This document shows positions 1 through 13,000 of a stretch of 64,000 nucleotides of DNA, piece by piece; positions within the stretch are counted from its first letter, which is position 1, and each line of letters starts with the position of its first letter. The translations under genes and the position numbers were made by a program. The stretch is from positions 16,988,001 to 17,052,000 of the forward strand of contig JBHGNT010000007.1 of assembly GCA_043228905.1 (NCBI GenBank), written 5' to 3'. The stretch is from Azolla caroliniana (lineage: Eukaryota; Plantae; Polypodiophyta). Under the pieces are notes generated by a model that saw only the letters and a list, made by a program, of their open reading frames with translations, did no database searches and was not told where the DNA came from.

Positions 1-2099
1 CCTTCTCGACTTTTATGCATCTAAATGTTATTGTTTCAACAAGTTTCCTACCTTTTCCGGACAATGTGTTGCAATAGTCAAACACACACACACACAATGA
101 TCTTGTATATACTATATTTATAGTCCCTAGAGACTCATATTATCTAGAATCTAGAGTTAGGTATAAACGTAATGTTGATGTTGATTTGCTTATGATCTCA
201 AATTAAATCAATCTCCAAGACGTTACATGTATTCCGCATTACGAGGTATTCGTATTCCCACGTCTATACTTAGTTTAGCCATCTATACAATGTGTACAAG
301 TATATACATGTGCATTTGCATACATATATGAATATATATATCTTTGGTATATTTCCTTATTATAAAGTGTGGGAAAATGTGGACGACATATTACATTATG
401 TCAAACCTATAATGACACATGAGTAACTCCAAGAATCAATGCATTAGTCTGTAAAATGTGCAAGTATGTACATGTGCATATGCATATGTCATGAAAATAT
501 ATATCTTTGGCATCCCTTTTACAGGTGTAGGAAAGTATGGAGGAGAATCAAACCTATAATGGCACATGAGTTACGGTCAATAAATGATTGCATGTTGAGA
601 CATAGATTAGGGGTGTGGGAATATATCCTAATAACAAGTTGTGAAGCTTTAAAAGATAGGTTCAAATATATAGCATCTACATAAGGAAACAAAGATATTG
701 AATAAGCACAAAAAGTTAAAGCATTCATAGATAAAGCTCATTTTTGCGTCAAAATTGATGAGATTACATATAAGATCATATGGTACCATGTCTAGACCTT
801 ATGCTAGATATTAAAATAACACAATTTGTGGGATGGAGAACTCAAAAACGTGTTAACGTTAGGACAAGGATTTGAGATATTCCTTTACCATGTAGTGTCT
901 CATGTTTTATGTCTAATAAGCATTCATTGTGGATGCATAAGGTTTGGATTCATCTTCTAGAACCTTTTCTCGTCACGGGATTTCCGACATTAAAGCTTTG
1001 CAATATACAATTTAATTCCAAAATTTATCACACAAAAATTATTATCATTTTTTGTCAAAGAACGGTGCAGGCATGTTGTTAGACAATTTGTCACCTTATT
1101 GTTAAATATTTGCAATTGCAAGTTGTGCACAAAAAATTACATAGAGTGTGATAACATGAGTTACGGTTGAGTGATAGTAAGAACAAGTAAAGGCTTGAGT
1201 GCTAAACTATATGTGTGTGTCTGATTGCTATTAACTGTTTAGTGTGAGAACTTGATCAGAGGGACATTCCCCGAACTATGTTTAAGCCTCCTTGTACAGT
1301 CTCTTTGTAATAATCCTTCCTAACTAATGGGAAAGTAGCTTCATTTTGGGAAAATAAAATAAAATTTGTTTAGTGTGTTAATGGTTACATACATAAATGT
1401 CTTTTATTCTAATAGAATCTATTATGCATTAAACTGAAAAGAAGAAGACAAAACCATGAAAAAAATTGAGAATTCAATGGAGCGCAGTAAAAAGGGTTGG
1501 TCGTGGATTTGTACTCCCATACATTTTTAGTTTTATACCAATTGTAGAATAAAACTGTCCAACTTGATTTCCAATCTTCAAGAAAATTAGGAAGCATCAT
1601 TTGAATGCTTTATGTTAAATATATGGCCTTCAAAAACCATGTAAAGTAAACGTTGATAATATAGATCATTGGCGTTTGATTTTGAATACTATTATGATTG
1701 TAATTTTCCCCACTTTGTTAACAATCTTTTTTGGGGGCTTGGAAACACACAATTATATCAATAAATGTTTTTGATAAATAGTACAATGATACCATTATCG
1801 AGTCACTGCTAACTACGTAGTAGGACATGTTGAATCGCTAATAAGCAAGACAAACACTCCACCAAGGTCAGATTTTCAACTTGCTACAAAAAACAAAACT
1901 ATCAGATCATTACTCCCTTCAACTTATGAACTACATCCTACCATCAAATACAAAAGCATTGCACATATCAAGATTTTGACTTAATTCCCAATATCTAAGT
2001 GAGAGGGAAACAATCTTCATCTCCGACCTATGTGAATTGTGCAATCATCCTCTCTCTCTCTCTCTAAGATCAGTTCCCATTTAGATAATGACCATGGAC

Positions 2100-2381
2100 C
2101 ATTGTTATAGAATACATATGCTAAGTATTCTAACTTTTTTTTAAAAATACTTAGAATACGTATTTTATAGATAAAATATGTTAAATTATTCTTAAATTTT
2201 GAATTTTTTTTGCACAAAAAAAAATAATTAAACTTTTTTGAAATGATAAATACTTGTTAAATACATTAAATACGTGAAATTTTGAGAAATGGCAGTTCTA
2301 AAATGTAGAATACATGTAGAATACTTCAGAGTATTCTAAAATGTATTCTAAATGTAGAATACACGTTTTTTAACAACTATG
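2100..2381. mobile_element. hAT-type MITE
   Basis: Imperfect TIRs (CATTGTT... / ...AACAACTATG), near-perfect 8-bp TSD CCATGGAC (2092-2099) / CCGTGGAC (2382-2389), and repeated AGAATAC/GTATTCT internal motifs. Confidence 0.7.
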
Positions 2382-4020
2382 CCGTGGACAAGGTTATTGA
2401 GTGTTGAAGGCTGAAAAACAGCCTCAAAGTGACTTCCTAATATCACATGGGAAGCGCATAAAAAGATTCAAAAGACACAAAAGAAAAAAAAATAGAATTT
2501 TAGATAAATGCAAGATATGAAGAAATTGTTTAGAAAATGGGATAAATTGCATTTGTTTCATGATGCACCAACAGAGTTCTCTCTATCACAATAGGAGACC
2601 TTTTTCCAATGCCAATCTACATTTCACACATGCTAGCATTTTCTCCAAATTACAGTCATTGATACATGATAGAGCTTATACATCTATTTGTCATATGCAC
2701 CATGTCTTCCATATAAATAAACTCACTCTCTGTGATGTGACATGGGGCATTGGGCCCCAATTGAGGATACTCCTCAACTATGCATAGTTTGCCTTGTACA
2801 TTTTTAAGAGTCAAAGTATTACGCTTTCATGTGATGTGCATTAACATCAAGTTTGCACTCCACAGAGTTTAAATCCATGTTGATTGGCAAACGAGTACAC
2901 TATAAGGAGGGCAAGTTGATGAAGTGAATTCCTATGCATATCTAAGAGTCACATTTACAAGCACAAAGGGGCTTCCCTATTATGCAAGCCACCAAAGATC
3001 GACTCAACTATATGTAGCACTAGCAATGCTAGAATGACAATGCCATCATCCACTTCCAAGGTCTTCGCAATCACCCTTACCGTGTGCATGTGGAAATAGA
3101 GTGTTCACAATCGTGTTGTCATGGATGATGCATAGCAAACCATATCCATTCCACATGAAATAATTCATGTTGAATTGGTTGGACGTACATAATGATGGAA
3201 CCATTTATCAACACAAAAACAATTGGTGTGACGCAAGGAAATCCACTCATCTCACCCTTCCAACCATATACTGAATTGGTGTCTTCAGTTTTTAGTTTAG
3301 AATCATTTTATCTAGCCAAGCATGCAAAATTGGTAATATATTCCTCCACTTGTTTAATATAGAGTATACTAATTGACCAAATACCACTACAAACATTCTA
3401 TCAATCTCACACAATACACATGATTGGGCATTTGCCTACATCAATATGACCTAGGATCCACAATGCATATGCTCCAAGGTTCGAACCATTGAAAGTTCAA
3501 CATTGTCCAAAGTTTGATCCATGCCAATAACTCTTCTTACCATAGAGAATTTGATGTGGAAAAATATTAATGCATTTTACAAGGTTCAGTATGTTGTCAT
3601 CAAGTTTGGGCTTTTGCAAATTACAGACTTCTAGGCCAAAACCTCTAACCCTCAAACCACCCGAAACTTGGAAAACAAAACTAGATGAATTTGCTTATGT
3701 CTAAAAGTGAAACACAAGCTTAGGGGGTTTCGGAGGATAGAACAAAACCCAAACTCTATATATATCGATGTATCCTATGAATCCTAATTGAAGTTGTGAA
3801 CAGTCCCAACAAATTGTAAACTAGGAATTGTACACCTTCAACTCAATCTTTAATTAAACAATTTTACTCAATATTTCTATACATTCACCATGATATTCTT
3901 GGAGAACCACAAATATTAGTGGAATATTCGAAAATATTCGAAACCACAATGACCTCATTTTACAAGTGTACAACGTAATAGCAATGCTATTCTTGGAAGA
4001 AATGGAGGTTTTCAAGAACA

Positions 4021-7000
4021 TTATGATTTTAGGGCAACTTTAAGCTGATGTAATGATTCTTTTTGATAATCATAGAAGAATTTACATATGTAATTAGCCG
4101 TTTTTTCCGCACATAGAGACCCTTCTGTAACAACCTTCCAGCCTTCTTCCGTACCATACGTTAAACATTTATCATCCATAATCAACACCACATGAACTTT
4201 CTTTATTACAGTGTCCACCTGAAACAAAAATAGAAACTAAATTCAAAGGCAACAAACAAAGATAGCAACAAGTAAATTATCATTTCTAAGGTTTAATAAG
4301 ATCATTAGCACCCCTTATATTAATATTTTTACCATATAAACCGTGACTGTCATGAATCTTTTAGCATAACTAGTGCTTAGGTGTACCACTAGCAATAGTT
4401 TTCAAAAAGATTGCATGGACTTTAAGAAATGGTATTTTTTTTTAAACAATGTAATTTTCCAGCCTTAGTTGCAGTCAAACCATATAACATGACTAAACGT
4501 TTGAAAGTTTTTGCTGTGGTGATCCCAGAATTTCAACTACACTCCACTTGCAGTGGCTTTTTACTAAACGTAACTCTTGGCCAAATATAGTATTTTACCA
4601 CATTGATTTTTCGAAGGGAAGAACTCTGAAATACCCAAGTTCAGGGGCACTAGGGAGAAAAAAGGTAAAACTCAATGATAAATTGAGACGACCCTAATGT
4701 AAAGCAAAGAAACAATGAAGCCCGACACATGAGTTATAAATAACTTACAGGTACTTCATGGTCGATATGGTCCGATAAATAAAGCTCATTGCCAGTACCC
4801 ATGCAAGGAAACCCTGTATCTGAAGGACGGTAAAACCATCTACAACACAAATATCCAGGCTTCTTAGACTGAGCCTTTGATTCTATTCCAGCAGATCTGG
4901 TTTTCACAGTACCAGTATAACACCCCAAGAAACTCTCTATCTGTGCAATATAAGGTTCCTTCTCTTCTTTCGATTGTGGTTGAATCTGAAAAGAGGAAAT
5001 AAACCACTCACATTATCTAAATAATACCATTATTCACCAACAATACAGATCTATGAATGAAAGGCCAAAACAATTGAAAAACTGAAATGATTCAGCAAAT
5101 ACCTCAACAAAATCTCCAACAGAATAGATGACACTATTGAGATTAACAGATTTATAATACAGGAAGTTTTTGGGAAACTTCTTGGATGTCGCAACCTTGG
5201 GCATTGGCATCCCGAAAGATAAACCTTTTCTGGTAAATGAAGGACTGAATGTACCTTTACCCAAAAAGGAGACGCTAAACTTGTCTTTATTCCCTTCTTC
5301 AGATTCCTGTATATGATTGGTTCCAACCCTCTTTAATGTGTGGGAGACATCTTTTGAAATTTCACGTTTAACCATACCAATGCTATCCAGATTCTTTGCT
5401 TTGAAATCTGTAGAACATTTTTCTGTTGGAGACAATGGCAGGAGTCTACCATCAAGTAAGCTATCAATTACCCAATCTCCAGACTGCAAAAACATTGAAA
5501 TTTTTTACTCTCTCTCAATTTTGAACACAAATAGGACTTAGACTAACTATACATAAAGTGTTCCAAAATTGTGATGTGTCATATGAGGTAATTCTAAGTA
5601 CAAAATGCCTGAGACAAACCTGCATACAAATTGGAAAAAGGGACCTAAATAGTCTTTGGCCCAGTTAGACCATTCCCAAAACAATTTTTCAGGAAGAAAA
5701 CACAATTCAAAGAGCAGGTTCAAGGATTAACCAACAGCATCAAGGGGATTTTGATAAACCAAATAGTGTTGAAACAATGAGGGATGTTGAGGATATTAAG
5801 TATAGAAGCAGGAGAGTGATCAAGTAGGGAGTATAAAGAACATGGTCTGAACAAAGCTAAGGAAACCATTTGTACAATGATTCAATATCAATGTCATTAA
5901 TCAATCAGCCACACAAATTATATTCCCCTTTCTTCCCTTTCTACGAACAATTGACTTCTTCAAAGGGTACAATCCCAGGGAATGTAGTTGAAAGAGTCAT
6001 TCAGTAGGATCAGTAAGCGCCACCATGAATGCTTCATTTGGCAGCTTACTACAAAGGATATTGATGCCATTATTGCAAGAACCACGAGAGTTTTTTGGAG
6101 ATGATTTCGCCTACCCCAATATCAGAGAGCCTACTCCCCACATATGGATGTATTACTATCACTTGTATATTTCTTTTCTTTTTTTATTTAATCTCAATAG
6201 GGCTTAATTTCTCTGGTCTGACAGGTCCTCTCTGGAATTGAAGAGAATAATTTAACATTCCATTTCATTTACTCCCTCCATGTTTAAGGCTCCCTTTGCA
6301 ATGTAGCATTGATATTGTATCAAATCTCTATAGGATCTACATATGCATACTCTGCCAAACAAAGCCTACATACATTGAGATTTAACTATATTCAAATTAT
6401 CAAGACTACCCTCTTGTCAAGTTAGGAAACAGACCACAATGGATACTCCAAATCTTCCTGCAGCCTTTTGTAATCCTCCAGGTAATTTGCTTTGGTGCTC
6501 TGCTATTACAATCTGTGTTACACCTTTCTTTCTCTTTTTCTCTTGTACCAAGTGCTTCAAACTTTGAAACAATCGCCCTCCCCCGTGCTGTTATTAATCT
6601 AAATAAGTAAATTAGCCAAAAAATGAGAAAGGAAAGATTAATGCCATATTATTAAGATGCTCATGCTTGCCTGAATTAAAAGTGATAATTTCGTGCAGTA
6701 GCCATGTCGTCCATGTATAAATGCTTCAATCCTACTGAAAATAAGTTCTTTGCTTCTTCCAGCCTTGAAAACAATCTGATTCTGTGAAGTTTTCTCTTTT
6801 GTGCTACATCATAAAGGAACAACTACTTCAAAACAGAACCATTATTGTATTCCATATATGCTGTCAAATTATGTAAACATTTGACCATCAAATAATACAT
6901 CATTATATAATCAAATAAAATACTATGGCAGAATTTTAGCTAAAGCATCAAAGTTTGGAACACACATCATCATCAATATTGCTGTTAGCAAACATTCTGT

Positions 7001-10000
7001 AAACACTTAACCATGACTTGCGTAATTTTAAATGTATAGTATGATCAGCAAAACTACCATGCAGAATATCAGCTCAGGACAGAACATAAAACAAGCCATC
7101 TTAAGTTTTTATTGCCACAGAGCTTACCTACTTAGAGAAGGCATGCCATTTCTGGAAATGCATTCATCTATCCAGCTTGGTCTCACAAAAAGTGAACCCA
7201 CAGAACAGCCATAAAGGTACTTCAACGTACGAACCTGAAAAGCAATGGCAGAGTCATTTCAAGGAAACAACAAATAAATTAGAACTAATTTCAGGATTTA
7301 TTTAGACTAGACCTTCTGTGGTGCTATAACAATACAACATGGAGTATTTCCTTGATTTATTTCAGGAGCTTTTTGAGAATCTAAACTTGAAAATACCGGA
7401 ACAGTTGAGAGCAATGTTCCTCCATGCAGTTGAATTTTCCTACAGATTTCCTCACAAACTGGCTTGTGATTATCAGGAAATCCAGTAATAAGAAAATTTA
7501 ATCCCTGAAAGAGACAGCTATTCATGCCACTTGTCTCTCTTTGTCCATGTCTGTCAACTTCAGCCTTGCAGTTTTCTAGATTTTCAATATCTCTACGGTC
7601 ATTTATCAGCACACTATTTTCTGTTATTTCAAAAACAAATATCATTAACATAAAGAAAAGGTTATTTTATTACGAGACATGTCTGATATATACAAACTAG
7701 ATTGCAGAGATTAATCAACCTTTATGTAGTTTAGGTAAAGCTACACTTGAATTTTGAGGATTGTCCCCTAAAATTCCGGTTCTTTGCACTTTTACCATTC
7801 CTACAATAGAGTTGATAGTTGATTTTGCAGCTTTTTGAGACACTTCCTCATCAATAGGGACATCGTCAGCCAAGCAATCATAAATGGCATCCTCACATGT
7901 ATCCTGTGTTAAAGCACTTTCAACCATTCGGTAAGCCCTTAATCTACGCCTTTTTCCACGATGCCACGTAAGAGGAGAATCCGGCATGGTTGACTCTTGC
8001 AAGATAAATCTACACTGCTCATCTAGACTTCTGTCAGAATCTCTCACTATACAGCCCATGTCAATATTGTTGTCAATTTGTTTACTTTGCAAACAAGTTA
8101 TTCTTTTTTCATCTAGTATTTTATCAGAATGAGGTTTCTCATTAGCCAACAAACCAGCCTCAAAAAGAGGTGATGTATGATTTGTACTATAGCTCTTCAA
8201 CGAGCTTGAATATATCCTCGTAACACCATTACGTGATGAGAATTCAGGTGGATACTGCTTGTTCTCCTGAGATTTACCAAGCCCCCGGTCCTGTAAGATA
8301 AATTCTGAATGCTTCAATGGGCAGCCTGTAGTGGTTCCAAAGCAATCAGTGTCAATATTTGATTGATGGTCATTATCTTTGGCCATAACAGTCAATTGAG
8401 GCATCTGTTTTGCGTTTATGCTACAGGGAACAAAGGAGCAGAGTGGTTCTTGCAAGGAGCATTTAACTGATGCCTGAGATGAAGTCACTAAAATCTCAGC
8501 ACAAGATCCAGCAGTAACCGTGCAAGGTTTATCTGTTTCATTTAGTATCTGGGGCACACAGATAAGTGGGCCTTTACAGTTCGTTTTTGATAAATGCCTC
8601 CATCGATTTTGAGTGTGAGGAGCCAAATCACACGGTTCAGACAAGTCGCTTGTTGCAGATTCAAGATGCTTATTATGCTTCTCATCTGCTTTCTTTGATT
8701 GAAGCTTGTTCTCTAGTTTACTGTCCTGAGAGATCCATGCTTACATCAGATGAGTAAAAATTAAGTTGCTGGAAATAAATTAAAGCATTATCAAAGTTGG
8801 CCTTACCATGGTCATCCAGCCTCCAAACCAACGACTGGTATAAGTACCCTTAGCACTCATTGGTAGATGCCTATGTTGATGTGAAGCGGGCTCCATATTG
8901 AACCCAGGAAGCAATACTCCTTCATTCTGTACCTGCCTAGTATGATGATGTTCCTCTATAACATCGCCATCTTGTGAATGTGTTCTATCATCACATTCTG
9001 CTGTGTCATTTTTGAGAGGGTCAGAGGTTCTCATGATTTCTGTAGAATCAGCAAAAAATTGTAAATCAACGAAGTGTGAATGAAAGGATATGTTTCTATT
9101 ATCAAATACTCTACCTGATATAATCTCAGCTACGTTTGCAGTTGTTCCTGAGTTTAATTCAGTTTCTTTGGGACTCTCTTTTATTTCCTCGCAATTGTCA
9201 TTATGCTTACCTTCATCTTGAGAGCAAATTCTCAAATCAGAGATATAGTCATCTTGTAAAGCCACGTCATCAAGTTCATTATCCCAATTCAAGTTGCATA
9301 ACTTATCATAAGATAGAAGCTCCAATGTGAAACTATCAAGCCCAGAGGTTTCCCTTCCTCTTTTAAGTGCCAAAGCAGCATCGATAATTGATTTTGGTTC
9401 CAAATTCTGGCAAACTTGGCATTCATTCATAATGTCTGCAACAACTAATGTCTCTGCTGACGCCACAGTAAGCCTGATTGCTGCCTGAAAATCTTCATTG
9501 AAATGCTTGAGCTTCCTCACCTTGGTTTTTTTCCCTTTTACAGGTATATTCAGCTCTGCTGCCCTCTTTGAATGTGATTGGGAATGTTGACTGGGAGAAA
9601 CTGGTATGACATGGATTTTAGACATTGTTAGCATAATGAACAAAATTTCCTGGAAAGTACATGTGAGGCCAAATTCTCTTCTTTAAGATTTTAATGAGCC
9701 TCAAGTTTTAGACAAATATCCTTTCAAAGTAGCTTCAGTAAGAAAAGGCTATCAAGAAAAAGTAGTACTTGAAGATTGAATTGATGGTGAGCTTGTACGT
9801 TCCAATGTACGAGACGCCTTTGGTACAAAGATAGATTTCTCAACATGGGGAGCCCTTTGAGACTTGCAATTTTTACTCGTTCCTGGATTCGCATAAGGGG
9901 TAGAGCCATTGTCAGCATTTATCATTTCTTCTACCATAGCCGTCTCACAATTTAAATCAAAATCTGCAGTCTGTGTTTGAGAAAGATTAAGAACCAATGA

Positions 10001-13000
10001 AAAATCCTGCAAAACGCAGGAATATCAGGAATCAGGCATGTAAGAGAGTATGCTTCACGTTTTATAGCAAAGTATAGCATTCAGCTACACCCACATAGCT
10101 ACACAACAATAGTAATAATGAACTTTAGATTTCCATAAAAGCACTGCAACCATAATAAAATCTTAAGGAAACCACATACCTTAGATTTTGCATATGCCTG
10201 TGCATCTTCATTATACGTTTCCAGAGTGTGATCCTGAAAACAATAACATTTGCATTCCTACATCATTTCAAGAGGATTATTGTTCCTATGATGCATAATT
10301 AATCTAGCAAATCACTGTAGTTTTTCATCAAACTTTAGCTTAAGTACATTTGATGAATCCAAGTTTGTTGGGCATAAAGGTCTCAATTTGTACCTTTGTG
10401 AAGGCCCGTTTGACACTATAGCTCTCTTATGAGCTTTTAGGACATATTTGGGTCACTTGGCCAGTACAAACTGGCTCACGTGCATTAATCACAATCTAAT
10501 AAAACTATATACTTTTGCTCTTCGAAACACACTATTAAGGACACCAAAAACCTATGCGTTCTTCTCAGGCAATAGCAATTTGTCGTGCACATAGGCCCCC
10601 GCCCCATGGGCCACAACCGCAGCACCCTTGTCATCAACAAATAAAGGCCATTATCTCCCGCCATCACAGGTGCTTCCCTCACCTCGGAGACCTCTCCATT
10701 CTGGATCGACCTATGCTAGAGATCTTTCCAAGGGAAAAGTTACAATATATCTAACTTGAGAATCTCACATGTGCCGAAAACCAGATTCCCTCGTCTGTTT
10801 TTATATTATTTACTTTTATATTTACTGAGTAATACTTATTCTATTTTGATTTGTTGTTCTCAAAGACGAGACAACACTTAAGATTTAATCTCTTGTTTGG
10901 TCCTAAAGGCCATTTTGGCCTGTTAAAAGACATTAATATATCTTTCTTTCTTCACAGTTTTCTCTGTACCTCACCTATTTTATCTCTCCTGTCACTTCTT
11001 CACGTCCACCATTACACACAGCAAGTACCAAAACAAACCTCTGCTGCTATGTTTTATCTGCACCTCAGCTATCTTATCTCTTGTTCAACAGCTGGTACCA
11101 AAATAAACCTCTGGTCTCCTTTTAACTGGTATAAAATTGCAAAAAATGAAAGAGTGTTGCTGCTGACTCTGTTCCCCAAGCACTTTAAGCTTCTTTGAAA
11201 AATTTCATCCTGAGAACAGGTCCAAAATGGGAGGAATCCCTCGAATACTTCTTGTTTCCAGGAAAACTCCATTACAATAGTATATGCAGATTTAATTCAA
11301 ATTTGTCTGACATAATTCCCTTGATGCCTACGATCTTCTCAGGTGGTGGTTTTTACTTAATAGCAATTTTTCCAATTACAGTTATAAAATTTCAGAAACC
11401 AATTGACTTGATCTCCGAGTTTAATTTTGGGTAAAAATGGGCAAACACTACAAGTGATCTTAAATCACTGTATGGGATCAAAAAAAACTTAAAGCACAAA
11501 TTGTCTAATAACCCCAACCTTATGTTGAATGGGGCTAAAGGCTGTATCTTGAATGAAGAGGTATGAAGGAAGCTCAATGGTGAGAGTAGTGGGTCTGCTA
11601 ATGTTGTTTGTGGAAGCAAAATCACAAAATCAAATGCAAAGCAGAGAAAATATAGAAAGAGCTGAGACAAATCCAATGTTACATGCTAACGGACCACAAG
11701 AAGCCTGATTGTAGGTACTTTAAGAAAGAACTTGAACATAGGAAGAATGCCAATGCCAAGGAGGATGAAAAAGAGAAATTCTGATGTTACAAAGAGCCCA
11801 AATGGGAGTGAGAAGGCCATTTTGTTCGCTAATATGGTCATTGAAGAGCTATCTCATGAATTGAAGGCCAATAAAAGGGGGGGGAGCATTGCATTTTGTT
11901 TATTTTGTTGAGGATTGTTCAAGGAGAATTTGGGTTTATTTGCTGAAAAGCAAAGATGAAGCCTTTGCTGCACCGAAAACTTTTTGTGCCTCATAATCAC
12001 CCAAACTCGTATAAGGCTAAAATGCCTAAATAAGGACAATGGGGGTGAGTTCACAGGCATTGAATTTAGAAGATTAAACGGGGGGGGGAGCATTGCATTT
12101 TGTTTATTTTGTTGAGGATTGTTCGAGGAGAATTTGGGTTTATTTGCTGAAAAGCAAAGATGAAGCCTTTGCTGCATCGAAAACTTTTTGTGCCTCATAA
12201 TCACCCAAACTCGTATAAGGCTAAAATGCCTAAATAAGGACAATGGGGGTGAGTTCACAGGCATTGAATTTAGAAGATTTTGTGAGTTCAATGGTATAAA
12301 GAGGGAGGTAGCAGCACCATGCAGTTCCTCTTCTTATGGCCTGGGTGAAAGTTATGACCGGGCACAATGAAGTGTGAGATGCAATTATCTATAGCTAATC
12401 TCCCTTCTGGCTTCTGGGGATAGGCTGAAAGATATGATAGGACACAATGAAGTGTGAGGTGCAAGTTATCTACAGCTAATCTCCCTTCTGGCTTCTGGAA
12501 ATAGACTATGAAAACTGCAGTACATGCATAGAATACATCCCCTTACACTGTATTGAAAGCTGGCATCCATAAGATGTTTGGTCTGGCAAATCAACCTCAT
12601 ATGACTATTCATGCATATTTGGAATAATTGGGTAAGAAGATATACTAGATTAAGGACGGCTTTTTTGAGATACGTGCCCTCGTTGTCATACTTTATGTTG
12701 ACTAATGGGGGTGGGGCTCCTACATCAAAAGAGGCTGGATTATGTGGGCAAAAGAGCAAGTGGGAGCTTGCAATGTAAGAAATAAAAGTTTTGCATGAAC
12801 TTAGTTGAAAGGATACTTGGGAGTTAGTCGAATTGCCCAAACATAAGAATACCATTCCTAAGAGGTGGCTACAAAATCAAGAGTGTGGATGGAAAGCCCA
12901 CATACAAAGCAAGCCTAGTTGCAAAGGACTATTTACAAGTAAATGGAGTTGACTTTCAAGAGGTATTCTCCCCTGTAATCAAAATGACCACTTGTGAACC

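Noticed and set aside
1-4000. Short ORFs and possible old TE debris, including a diverged duplication around 280-570
   Set aside because: Too degenerate to assign; no supported protein motif.
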